Shown here: positions 49,169 to 61,673 of the stretch, piece by piece
Numbering within the stretch: the stretch's first letter is position 1
Layout of the letters: every line of letters starts with the position of its first letter
NCBI GenBank assembly: GCA_043228905.1
Contig: JBHGNT010000015.1
Location: 11,656,001-11,720,000, forward strand
DNA from: Azolla caroliniana
Lineage: Eukaryota; Plantae; Polypodiophyta
Length of the DNA stretch: 64,000 nucleotides
Direction of reading: 5' to 3'
Made by a program: the position numbers and the translations under genes
Notes under the pieces: model-generated
What the model was told of the DNA's origin: nothing
Database searches by the model: none
What the model saw: the letters and a program-made list of their open reading frames with translations, nothing else

Positions 49169-49180
49169 GCTCTGATACCA
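49169..49180 (-). promoter_or_regulatory. PBS (tRNA-iMet) of copia F
   Basis: Reverse complement TGGTATCAGAGC. Confidence 0.95.
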
Positions 49181-49183
49181 CTT

Positions 49184-49826
49184 TGTCGTAATTCCGTGCT
49201 CGGCCACCACCGAGGAACAGGATCGATTCACAGAGAACGGGAAGTACAAGAATGCACGAAAAACAATAGAGAGAAGGGCACACTGGATGTTTTACGTGGA
49301 AAACCCTAAATGGGAAAAACCACGGGAGTGCAAGACTCCAACTATCACTATACGCGGGAATGTACAATGGCGAGCTGCAAGGCGACGACCTTGAGCTCGC
49401 TGTCCTCGCCACAGGCGGCGGTATTACACAGAGGCGTCGACCTCTTCCTTCCTCCTTCTCTCTCACTCTCTCTCGGCTGCTCTCACTTCGCTCCCTCTTA
49501 GTGGAAAACAAAAAATGAGCAACAACAGACTTAACTGTTTGCCCTAAGTCATATTTATACACATATGACTTTCGGGCTATTTACAAATATAGCCTCAAGG
49601 GCTCTTGGCAAACATATTCACAAATATGTCTCCGCATCCGGATCTCTCTCCGGGTACATTCGTCATCCGGCTCCGTAACCGGGGTCTTCATCATCCGGCT
49701 CCGTAGCCGGGGTCTTCATCATCCGGCTCCGTAACCGGGGTCTTCATCATCCGGCTCCGTAACCGCAACCGGGCTTGCCGTCATTCATCTCCGGACATCC
49801 CATCCGGAGGGACCGAAATCCCAACA
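49184..49826 (-). repeat. 5' LTR of copia F
   Basis: Direct repeat of 44426-45068. Confidence 0.97.
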
Positions 49827-49831
49827 GCACG

Positions 49832-51307
49832 TTGTTAAGTGGCTCAGCTTTGGCATGGTTCGCTCCGTTGTTAGAAAAGGAATCTCCTTTACTAAACAAT
49901 TTTGAAGAGTTTTTAATGAGTTTAAAGCTTGTTTTGAAGATACTGACAACATAAGGACAACAATCAACAAAATCTGATGATTACGTCAAGGTGATCGTCC
50001 AACCTCTGCATACGCTGCAGATTTCTGCCTACTCGCCTCCGATATCCCCTGGGATGACCAAGCACTTATGGAGCAATTTCGTTATCGTGTACGTAACGAT
50101 GTCAATGATTTACTCTTGACCTTCCCCAAAGAACCAAAGTCATTGACAGAAGCAATTAGTCGCGCGATGAGATGCGACAACCGTCTTTTCGAACGACGTT
50201 CGGAACGTCAGTTCCAGATGCCAAGGGAAAGATCAAAGCCCATCTACACCTCAATGGTAGCAAAACCTTTTCCAAGGGAGTCATATATGCGTCTCTAGTG
50301 AATACTCCAACTCCGATGGAAATTGACACTACACATCGTCACAATCCATTATCGAAAGAAGAAACACAGCGACACCGAGCCAATCGACTATGTCTCTATT
50401 GCGGTGGACCATGGCATATTGCAGTGAACTGTCCCCATAGGCCAAGAAGACAGGTGAACCAAATAGTTGCTAGTTCTAATTGTACTAAACCTGAGTCTAT
50501 TTCAGTAGGAATATCTGATAGTCCTAATAGTACTAATAATACTAATAGCCAAAATCTATCGAACAAATTTGATGTCCTTAGTTAGTTAGAAGAAGAGTTA
50601 AACGACTAAGTCCAGCCAAAATAGGAGCCGTTTGGTTGGACAACCCTAGATCTGTGCAGCCCATTAGTGGTTCCATTCCCTGTAAGCAAGTTAGCAATGT
50701 GTTCTTAGCCCAAGTAACAGTTAGTACTAAAAGTACCTCTCCAGTACATGTCTCAGCACTCCTAGATTCTGGAGCTAATTCTTGCTTCATGGATAGGAAT
50801 TTTGCCCAAGCTCATTAGATATACCTAAGAAAACTCCCCTGTCCAACCTCTGTAGTAGTCATTGATGGTCATCCCATTGCTTACAGAAATATCATAGAAG
50901 AGTTAGAGCCCGTTAATATTGTCCTAGATAATTTAGCATGTGTAGTATCCTTTAATATAATTAGTATCCCAGAACATCCCATTATTTTGGGATTACCATG
51001 GTTCGAATTACATAACCCAGATATAGATTGGAGAACAAAGGAAATCCAACATCGACAAACCCGAGGATCTACTCATAAGATTGTAACCATTTCGCTAAAT
51101 CAGTTGCGTGAGGAAGAATGCAAGGAAAAAATGTTTTTCTTCGCAATATAAGTAAAATCATCCAATACCATTAAAGAGGAGTCTACCCTTCAACTTCTAG
51201 AGAAGTATCGTCATTATGCCAATGTGTTTGATAAAGCACAAGACAATGTGCTTCCTCACCATCGACCGTATGATTGCCCCATCGATTTACAACCGGGAAA
51301 AGAGCCA
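49832..51307 (+). pseudogene. chromovirus D gag C-terminus and protease
   Basis: PTPMEID, CLYCGGPWHIAVNCP, ALLDSGANSCFMD. Confidence 0.88.
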
Positions 51308-54300
51308 TGTTAATCCTAGGGCCGGACAACAGCCTAACATAGGGTGTCCACTCAAGACACTTCACCAAAGGGTGTTACGGCAAGATGACTTACGGCACAA
51401 CGCTTAATTAGACCTTAATCGATTACTTAGCAACACATCATTAACACGCGTAAGATATAACAATGAGTATAGAACGGTAATCAATGCTGAAAGATTAAAG
51501 CAATAAGTTCTATTAATTATCCTCTCTCGATTACATTGTAACCGCTCTCATATATTACTATATATCTTAAGACTACTAATTACAACAGTACGGGGTGCTC
51601 CATTTATGTACTACCGCATAGAATGACGTCAAGCTCTCCATTACCTGTCCAAGAAAGTGCCCTCATTGGTCACTTATCAGCTCTATGGGGCATCCGTACC
51701 GGCACCAAATGCATTCATATAAGAATTTTGTCGTCGACGCCGCGGTGTTATCTCGTAAGGCGTTGGCTTCCACCCATTTAGTGCAGTAGTCCGTCGCGAC
51801 GATCACATACCGGTTGCCAGTTCTCATTGCCGGTGGTTTAAACGGACCGACAAAATCCAGTCCCCATTTCTGAAATGGTTCTAGCGGTAGTACTGGCTGA
51901 TGCGACATCCTAGCTTGTTCCGTTGGTTGGCCCATTCGCTGGCATAGATCACACTCTTTTGCGTACCGGACTGCGTCTTTCAATGTAGTCGGCCATCATA
52001 GGCCCCTTTGCCATATCTTCCTTGCCGTTGCATCCCCGACATAATGGCCTCCGGCGACTCCGCAGTGTGCTTCTTGTAGTATTACCTCCTTCTCGTCGCT
52101 GCGCACCGCTTGTCGCCATATCCCGTCTGCGCCTTTGTGGTATAGCATGTCCTGTAATAAACAGAAGTGCCGGCTTTGTACCGCCAGGCGCTTCCTCTCA
52201 TCCGGGTTCATCTCCTCCGGAGGCAATCCGGTACTCAGAAACTGGTGCATATTAGTTAGCCACTTATCTTCTTGTGCCACTGTTTCATCTATTGCCATTT
52301 CCATGGTGACTCGAAAAAGCTCTGCATCCGGAAACTCATCCGGTACTTCGTCACCTGTTTCGCCGAAATCTAACCGGCTTAGATAATCTGCTACCGCATG
52401 CTGTATGCCGGGTCGGTGGAATATCTCGAACTCAAACTCCTGCAACAGCAAAGTCCACCGGGCCAACTTACCGGTAAGTGACGCTTTGGATACTAGGTAG
52501 AGGAGTGCCGAATGATCTACATGGAAGGAAAACTTTCTCCCCAATAAATAGTGCCTGAATTTTGTTACGCTGTAGATCATGCCTAAGGCTTCCCTTTCCG
52601 TGGTGGAGTAATTTCGTTCGTCTTGGGCTAACTTCCGGATTGCGTAATATACAGGCCGGTACCATCTTGGCTCCGTAAGTTGCATCAGCGCACTCCCGAT
52701 TGCAATGTCGGACGCATCCACGAACACATGAAATTCCTTCGCCCAATCCAGGGGTTGCACTACTGGCGCTTGCGACAATAGAACTTTGAGTGCCCGATAT
52801 GCCTTATCTTCGGTGTCGGTCCACTGGAATGGTGTTCGGTGTACCGCAACATGGAGTGGTGTAGCTAGGTCCGCCAAATACCGGAGCATTCGGCTATGCC
52901 AACGGATTTGTCCTAAGAAACGGCTCAATGCCTTTGCCGTTGTTGGTGCCAGTGCCTCCAGGATTGCTTTTACTTTGTCCGGATCTACGGCAATGCCTTC
53001 CTTGCTCACAATGTGCCCTAGTAGCGTTCCGTTGGACACTCCAAATACACACTTCGCCAGATTCAAGCTTAGCCGGTACACCCTACACTTCTCTAGACAT
53101 AGTCTGAGGTGCTGCAAATGATCTTCTTCTCAACTATAGACGACGAAGTCGTCAAGGAACACCTGCATAAAAGCCGGTATGTATTCGCCAAAGATCTCCA
53201 TGATGATCCGTTGGAATGTTGCCGGTGCCGTTTTTAGTCTGAACATCATCACCATGACAACAAATACTCCCCATTCAGTGACGAAAGCCGTTTTCTCTTG
53301 ATCATCAGGGTGCATCCGGATTTGATTATACCTGCTGAATCTGTCTAAGAAACTGTAGACTTCATGGTTGGCGACGGCATCCAAAACTCCATCCGTAAAC
53401 AGAAGTGGAAATGCATCCGTTACCGTTGCCGCATTGAGCTTCCGGTAGTCGACACAAACTCTAATTTTGCCGTTCTTCTTCGATACGACTATGATCGGGC
53501 TTAGCCATGTAGATTTCTTTACAGGACGGATGAAGCCAACCCTCAGCAATTTGTCAATTTCCTCCTTGACTTTGGCGGCGTAGTTTGGGTTCATCCGGTA
53601 CCGACGCTGTGCTACCGGGTTGGCGTCTTTGCTCAGATGTATCTGGTGCTGATCAACTGAGGATCCAACCCTCTCATATCCTCGTAATACCAGGCAAATA
53701 CGTCGCGAAACTCGTTGAGGAGTGTAATTGTCGTCGTTTTGTTCTCTGCATTCATTTCTTTGGCGACGTGCACCGGTTTTGCCTCGTCCCCCGTTCCTAG
53801 ATTTACCTCTTCTAATTGAGACGCTTTTACGCACTATGATACGGCCATTTCTCTTTCCAACGCCTCCTTCGCTTACCGTAACTCCCGGATTGCTTCTTTG
53901 TCCGGTTCCGCTTCGGTTCCGTCCGGTTGCAGTAAGTAGGGTGATACCGCTTCGACAACGTCAATTTCAAATAGGGGTACAATCTTCGGGTTCTCCTGCA
54001 AGTACTGATCTTCTTCTTCGTCTGCTAATCCTTCCAGCATATTGACGCACTCCGCATATAACGGTGTCAGATCCTTTCCGGTGCCCTTCCTTGGTTGTGT
54101 TGGTACCCGTACCTTCGCTTTTCCCCGCCGGAACGTAATCGTATTCCTCCTCCAGTTCTGCTTGATGTGTGTCGTCTTTAACCAAGGGCGTCCCAACAAT
54201 AATGGGTACGCTCCTTGAGCCTGCAACTGGAGAACTACGGCTGAGATTCGGAATGTGTGGCCCCCGATGGTTACTTCTAAGTCCCGTATTAATCCTGTCG

Positions 54301-57115
54301 GTCGCACCGAGCTTGTGTCCGCCATTCGGAGCCAGAACGAACATGGCTCCCACTCTTGGATTCCAAGAGCATCGCACGTCTAGAGGCTTATTACATTAAC
54401 GCCGGAACCTCCGTCTATTATCGTGTCGGGGAGTTCTTTCCCTTTCACAATGGCAATAATTGTCGAACTGTTGGTGTCCACCACCGCCGGTCCCTCCTCC
54501 GGATTTGAGAAGAATGCTGGAGCCGGTGGTGTTCCGCCTGTCGTCATGCCGAACTTGAGTCCTTCTATGAATCTTGGTACTAGCTGCAAGAGTTGTCCTG
54601 TCATGCCTGCAATGCCTACCATGTCGCGTTTTCGGACTGACTGCCACCGGCGAGCTCTTCGGTGTTCTCCTTTTGTTTCGCAAGTTCTGCTACGTTTTGC
54701 TCATTTGCCTTTTTCACCCATTCCGTTGCCTGTTTCCGGATGGCCTCTTGTGTCTCCCATTCCGTTGTCTTGCCCTTCGACCTTGTGGTGACCTGCTGTA
54801 GGTATGCGACTTCGGCGACTACCATGTTACTGTCGGTCGCTTATCATAGCTCTTTGCTGGACATTAATTACTATAGTGTCCTTCTTGCCGGCAATAATAG
54901 CAATATGCTTTCTAGGTATTGCTGGATTCGGCATTGTTTCCTGTACCCGGTGGAGGACCTGTGGTAACCACGAGGCTCTGGTTCGGTTGGCTGCTTGAGG
55001 CACCTTTTTCCGGTTCACGTGGGTGGCTCCCTTTTTTGAAATGCCGTTTTTTATTAAAGTTCTTTTTGTTGTGGTACCCTTGACGGGGCTGGTCGTCATA
55101 TCTCCCGTAATCTTCCCGTCATTGGTGATACCCGGGGGAGTGATCCCGGTTGTGATGCTCGTACCGTCCATTGTAATCTCGGTACCTGTCATATCTCTTG
55201 TACCGGTCATAGTTGTCTCGCCGATCGTCGTACCGGACATCCTGTGCCGGTCGATATTACTCCTCTCGTTGCCAGTGTTCGTCTTCTTCGTCTCGGTTGC
55301 TACGTGGCTCGATTTGCCGGACTGGTGGTGCTTGCCGATTCAATAAGTTATATTCGCACCGATCCATTGTGTGACTCGTGGAGTGGCAGAGTAAGTAGTG
55401 CGTCCGCATGGTGCACTCCAGTGACAAGTGTCCGAAATTCAAGTAGGTCGTGCATTGGATTGCTTGCTGGAAACGGAGATCCTCATCGGTTGGTAACGCT
55501 CATTGGAGGGCTCCCATTGTTAGCCAAGAGCTCGTTTTTTCCATTTCTCTAACCCGGTCGATGACCTGGTCGACGGTGCTTGTGCGAAAGTCGATGACTG
55601 TGCATACTGTTCGTAGAGGTTCCTGGAGCGCGGCTAAAAATATAGCCCGTGTTTCTTCCTCCGGAGGTGCACGGGTAAGCTGACTGTGCATTCATTGAAA
55701 TCGGATGACAAACTGCGGAATGCTCTCTCCGGGGTCCTGCCGGATGGTATAAAAAGCCCACCATTTCTCGTTGGTCCACCTCCTTCTGGAAGAAGTGCAA
55801 GAATTTGTCTTTCAGGTCCGCAAAGGTGGTGATGGTGCTGCGATCCTGGGTCCGGTGCCATCTGGCGGCCGGTCCTTCCAATGTCACGCCGAATTCGGCT
55901 ATCTTAGATCGTTCCTCTTCTGCCGCGGTTAACCATTGTGACACATGGTTCGCCGCCCATGTTTGTTGAAACGCGTGAACATGAGCCTCCACGTCCAGAT
56001 CATCCCTATACTTGGAGTACTGGAACGGCATGTCATTGTCCGGTGTCGGTACGTGGGCTGGTGGTGTCGGTGGTCTTTCCTACTGTTCCGTCGGCGTCGG
56101 AGGTCTTTGCCGGTCTTCCTTTGGTGTTGCCGGCTCGACTTCCGGTGTTGGATGTTTTTGACTGTCTTTTTCCGTCTCCGGAGGTTGCTCCATGTCTAGT
56201 GTCGGAGGTTCCCGATCTGCCAACTCTGGATCCGGTGTCGGTAATGTATCCGACTCCTCGTCCTCCGGTCCTCCTGGGGTGTCGTTACTGATGCGATAGT
56301 TGGTGTGCGCACTGTAACCCCCTTCCGAATCCGATTCCAGTGCTGAAAATGCTTCAGATTCGCTGTCTCTTCAGACCAAGGCCTGGAGAAGGGTTTTCGC
56401 TTCCCGTAGACTGATTAAGCTGCTTCCTTCGTCCAGGTAGGCGTTTTGTTGCAAACGGAGCGACTCCTCCGCCACTTTCCGGATCACTTTGGAAAATGAT
56501 CGATCCGTTCGGATTTCTTCCGCTGCTTCATGAAAAGCCTCTCGCCGCCTTCTCCGTTCAGCAAGTCTTCGTGCTCTTTCCGTAACCGGGTCGTCTGTTG
56601 GCCTAGTCATCCATTCCTGCCGTTGTTCACTACGATTGTGCAGGAATTGTGGTCGCCAAAAACTGTGTTAATCCTAGGGCCGGACAACAACCTAACATAG
56701 GGTGTCCACTCAAGACACTTCACCAAAGGGTGTTACGGCAAGATGACTTACGGCACAATGCTTAATTAAACCTTAATCGATTACTTAGCAACACATCATT
56801 AACACGCGTAAGATATAACAATGGTAATAAATGCTGAAAGATTAAAGCAATAAGTTCTATTAATTATCCACTCTCGATTACATTGTAACCGGCCTTTTAT
56901 ATAGGTCTCTGGTGCGAAATACAAAACGGTGCCAACGGGCACCTTTTTGGGATCGGTCCGGATCTGGATCGGCATACCGATTTCGGTCGGTCCGTCCACA
57001 TCTTCTCATATATTACTATATATTTTAAGACTACTAATTACAACAGTTCTCGAATAAACTATTCCTTTCACACTCTGGTTTGGACCTCCTTAAGCCTTCT
57101 TGCCGGCCGGTAACA
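51308..57115 (-). mobile_element. Ty3/gypsy element C (same family as A), internally deleted
   Basis: 5' LTR 56666-57115, partial 3' LTR 51308-51589, perfect TSD AGCCA; gag-PR-RT-RH and half of INT from 56610 to 51590; extra ORF absent. Confidence 0.94.
56666..57115 (-). repeat. 5' LTR of gypsy C
   Basis: Reverse complement of the A LTR; PBS TGGCGACCACAA adjacent. Confidence 0.93.
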
Positions 57116-57120
57116 AGCCA

Positions 57121-57655
57121 CCATGGGGACCGATCTACAATTTGCCACCAACCGAGCTAGAAGTCCTTCGAGCCTATATAAAGGAGAATTTGGCAAATGG
57201 TTTCATTCGATATTCGAAATCTCCAGCCGACGCACCCATTTTCTTTGTCAAGAAAAAGGATGGATCACTTCATCTCATTGTAGATTACCATGGCTTGAAT
57301 AAGGTCACCATCAGGAATAGGTACGCACTTCCCCTTATCTCAAGTCTTTTAGAATGGATCAATGGTGCAAGGTTCTTCACAAAGATCGACTTACAAGGAG
57401 CATATAACCTCGTATGGATCCGACCAGGAGATGAATGGAAGACCGCGTTTCGCACCAGATATGGGCACTTCGAGTATATGGTCATGCCATTTGGCCTGAC
57501 TAATGCGCCAACAATCTTCCAGCACATAGCAAATGATATATTCCGAGATCTCTTGGATGTTTGTTTGATCATCTATTTGGATGATCTACTGGTTTATTCA
57601 AAGACCCAAGAAGAACATGATTCTCATCTGCTATTAGTACTAAAACGACTTTGAG
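57121..57655 (+). pseudogene. chromovirus D reverse transcriptase (truncated)
   Basis: [29 protein letters not shown]. Confidence 0.92.
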
Positions 57656-57657
57656 AA

Positions 57658-58035
57658 CTAAATTCTAAAATTCAGAGTGAAAGACATGAAAGAAAAAGTA
57701 AAGTTGTGTCACAAATAAAGCAGAGACGGACAAGAGCTACCGCATGCATTAGAAAGCTCATAGCTTCCTCGTATGATATCGGATTTCAAAGTTCAAATAG
57801 GTGAATCAAAGCTAACGAAGTACCCTATGATATGATATCATAAAAGCTAAATTCTAAAATTCAGAGTGAGAGACATGAAAGAAAATGTAAAGTTGTGTCA
57901 CAAATAAAACAGAGACGGACAAGAGTGACTGCATGCATCCGAAAGCTCATAACATCCTTGTATGATATCGGATTTCAAAATTCAAATAAGTGAATCAAAG
58001 AACAGGAAGTACCCTACGATATGATATCATAAAAT
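57658..58035. repeat. Two tandem copies of a 189-bp non-coding unit replacing D RNase H
   Basis: CTAAATTCTAAAATTCAGAGTG at 57658 and 57847. Confidence 0.88.
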
Positions 58036-58059
58036 CAAAATTTTCAAAATTACCATATG

Positions 58060-59523
58060 TGAGGACTTGAAGACAGATGCTTTCGCCCAAGGCATTCTAG
58101 CACAAATTGATCCCTCTCAAGCATCTTGTTCATAGTCGCAACAACTAGGTACGGACTATCGACAATTCGAATGTCATGATGGATTACTATTCTTTAAGAA
58201 ACTCTTGTATGTTCCTAATGGTTCTTGTCACCTTCGAGTAGTCCAAAACTATCATGCCAGATATACAGCTGGGCATTTTGGTAGTACTAAAACATTAGAT
58301 TTAGTACAACGATCATTTTGATGGCCCCATATGTGATAATTTGTCGAAAATTTTGTTCGGACTTGTGATACATGTTGCAGAGGAAAAATGCCAAAGCATC
58401 ATCCATATGATTTATTAGAACCATTACCAATTCCAAGCAAGCCGTGGCAATCCATTGCTCTAGATTTCATCACAGATCTTCCATTCTCTAAGCGATTCGA
58501 TGTGATCTTAACAGTAGTAGATCAACATACAAAGATGGTCCATTTCCTACCATGTACTAAGGAAATGTAAAGTGAGGAAACCACTGAAACTGTCATGCGT
58601 GAAGTATGTCAGCATCATGGCCTTTCTGATAGTATCATCAGCTACCGTGGACTCCAGTTTGTCTTGAAATTCTGGAAGCACCTCTTTAAAATTCTCAAGG
58701 TCACTTGTAACCTCTCCTCCGGCTACCACCCACAAACAAACGGCCAAGCAGAACGAACAAATCAAACGCTGGAGTAGTATCTTTGGTGCTTTCTAACCTA
58801 TCATCAAGATAACTGGGCGGATATTCTCCACTTCGCCGAATTTGTGTATAATAACTCTGTGCACTCATTGACAAAGGTTACACCATTTTATGCTTATACG
58901 GGCTGTCACCCCCAATGGTGTGTATTTGAAACCCCAGAGTTACCCACAAATCCTTGCGCAAAGGATCGTTTGGAACAGTTACGCAAGATACAAGAGGAAT
59001 TATCTACTAATCTACAACAACCTCAACAAACACACAAGGTTTACGCGGATCGTCATCAGCTTCCATCCAGTTTTAACATTGGAGATCGGATATGTCTACT
59101 ACGACGACACATCAAGACTACTACGAAGTTGGATTATCGGCGATTAGGTCCTTTCTGTATTATCGGAAAAATTAATGATGTTGCTTTTCGTCTCGATCTA
59201 CCCCCACAACTTCGGATACATCCGGTGTTTCATAGTTCTCTCCTTGAACCCTATCAAGACAATACCATCCCATGTCGTATTAAACAACCTCCACCCCCGA
59301 TCGAACTTGAAGATGGACCCAGTTGCCGCCATCCTCGATTCCAAGATTGTTCGCAACAAGCCCTACTATTTAATCGATTGGCTAGGATATAGTCCCAACG
59401 AGCATACTTGGGAACCAATAGAGAATATGACCAATGCTTGTGCTCTTCTTGAAGACTTCCATCATCAATATCTAGACAAACTGGGTCCACAATCCAAAAC
59501 GACTCGTGACACTCATCGTTTTA
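58060..59523 (+). pseudogene. chromovirus D integrase and chromodomain
   Basis: PWQSIALDFITDLP, HPQTNGQAER, YYLIDWLGYSPNEHTWEP; colinear with E. Confidence 0.92.
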
Positions 59524-59634
59524 AAAGGGGGATAGTGTCATAATATGGTAAGACTCGAACCTATCAATATCTAGACAAACTGGGTCCTCAATCCAAAATG
59601 ACTCGTGACACTCATCGTTTTAAAAGGAGGATAG

Positions 59635-59899
59635 TGTCATAATATGGTAAGGCTCGAACCCATGACATTATGTTACACGGGTCGGGCTCTTGACCATTAG
59701 ACTATATGTTGTAATACGGTGAATATTATTTTCATTTAAGTTTTACTATAGAAAATTGATGTATATTCCAGATTTCTCTGGAACATTCTAGAAACTTCAG
59801 GAGTACTCCTGAGAACACTATAAAAGGAGGCACAAGGCATTATTTCGAACCAAATCGGTTCAATGCCAGTCTTAAGCCTCCTAGCTACTATTGTATATT
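59635..59899 (+). repeat. 3' LTR of chromovirus D (partial, interrupted by G)
   Basis: Preceded by PPT AAAAGGAGGATAG; matches 43484-43749. Confidence 0.9.
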
Positions 59900-60122
59900 T
59901 GTTACCGTACAAAATGTACGAGTGATTGATAAGTGAGGGTGAAAGATGTAATGTATGTGTAATCTTATACGATTATGAGTGTGAATGTAAGTGTGAGTGT
60001 GGTGGATACAAAGAGGTGTGAGTGAGTGCCTCGGTGTGAATGCCCAAGGGGCTTGCACCCTTGTGTATCTACCCTTTTGTACCTATTTAACTCCTTATGG
60101 GGAATGAATGAATAGAATGATC

Positions 60123-60157
<35 letters not shown>

Positions 60158-61241
60158 ACATCTTTCTCTCTCGCTCTCTCTCTCTCTTCCCTAATGTTGA
60201 ACCCCCTTGGGAGGGGGGTGGAGCCATTCTAGGCACCACCCCCCACCCCGCAATGCTTGTCAATTCTTGTCAACATCTTCATGATCTCTCTCACCATCAT
60301 ACCCTCCATCATCGTCATTATTACACCATGTCTATCTTCGTCATCGATAATCATCATTACCATTAACCCTAACCCTAAAACCTACAAAACCTTTTGGCGA
60401 CCACTAAGGCAACCCCCCTTTGAAGATGAAGTTGAAGACTAATACTCGGCAAAGCCATGACAACAACAAAATGTGCGAGATATCAAATGGACGATGTACA
60501 GGAAATGGTGATGTTAATTGGAAGTCATCGAGGTCAAGGAATCCAACACGGTGATGTTGTGCGAGAGGACGTCGTAAAAGGATATGCAACAAACGTATGT
60601 TCAAGCGTGTTTCCGAAAGTGGTTAGCGACAATGTGCGTATTTTCAAAAGCGTGGTGCAAGATGAATGGTTGGACAAACAGTGATCCAGAGGGAACCGGT
60701 GCTAGCACGACCGAAAAGAGAAACCCACCAGGAGACTGTGGAGGAAGTTCAACAATGTGTGGAGTGGATGTCGGCAAGATGTGCTGAGAATGCACAATAT
60801 ATGATTCCAGAAGAAGAAACGCGGAGAGAGTCGGAACCGGAATCGGAACTAGAACCCGAGTCGGTTAACACCGAAGGGTCAACAAAGACGGAGATGGAGA
60901 TGTAGACGCAGACTAGACATCAACCAACAACGTCGGAAAGATACGGACGGATGCACTAGACAAAGGCGACCGAAAAGACACAAGACACAGTTGGATGGGT
61001 CAAATGGGCCAAACAGGCGACCAGACACACAGACCGGACACACGACCAGAAGACAGCGGGACGACAACCGAATAGAGATGAAGAGTGATGGAGATGACAA
61101 CCAAAATGCACATCCATGGCAACAGCAACAACAACGGCCAAACGATGGTACATCGACACCGAAAAGACACGAAGTCGACAATGAAGACAGAGCCGTTGAA
61201 AAGTGAAGGAGACGATGACAATGACGGACAACAGGACTACC
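59900..61241 (+). mobile_element. Gypsy-like element G 5' part (LTR, PBS, degenerate leader/gag)
   Basis: Starts TGTTAC inside the D LTR; TGGCGACCACT PBS-like site at 60395; interrupted by E. Confidence 0.6.
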
Positions 61242-61662
61242 TGTCAGGAATAGTACTAAAGCAGAGATGGAATTAGTACTAAGAAGAGTAGTACTATTAG
61301 TACTAAGAAGACAGGACTGCGTAAGATTCCCGAGAGAGAGGAAGTGAGAAGAGGAGAGAGAGAGAAATAGGATGATGACAGCAGCTCTTATATTATATGA
61401 AAGATAAGTACAAATCGGCTAAGAGGCTTAAGACTGGTGTTGAACCAATTTGGTTCAAAACAATGCCTTGTGCCTCCTTTTATAGTGTTTTTAGGAATAA
61501 TCTTGAAGCTTCTAGAATGTTCCAGAGAGATCTGGAATATACATCAATTTTCTATGATAAAGCATAAATGAAAATAATATTCTACAAAATACAATTCCTA
61601 ATCTAATGGTAAGAGCTCGACCCATGTAGCATAAAGTCATGGGTTCGAGTCTTGCCATGACA
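61242..61662 (-). repeat. 3' LTR of chromovirus E
   Basis: TGTCA..TGACA termini; homologous to the D LTR. Confidence 0.92.
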
Positions 61663-61673
61663 CTATCTCCCCC

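Larger units (their letters stand above)
44426..49826 (-). mobile_element. Ty1/copia element F, very young, full length (5.4 kb)
   Basis: 643-bp LTRs 44426-45068 and 49184-49826 with one mismatch seen; TSD GCACG; PBS 49169-49180; PPT 45069-45078. Confidence 0.98.
43484..59899 (+). mobile_element. Ty3/gypsy chromovirus D, degenerate, host of F, C and G
   Basis: 5' LTR from 43484, gag from 44044, PR LLDSGAN, RT 57121-57655, INT-chromodomain 58060-59520, PPT, 3' LTR from 59635 cut by G at 59900. Confidence 0.9.

Noticed and set aside
60364-60384. Interstitial telomere repeat (AACCCTAACCCTAAAACCTA; single AAACCCTAA also at 4067 and in the F LTRs)
   Set aside because: Only 1-3 degenerate units inside TE leaders or LTRs; at most telo-box motifs.
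61590-61662. Bona fide tRNA gene
   Set aside because: A and B boxes are present but acceptor and anticodon stems do not pair convincingly; reported only as a promoter-like cassette.
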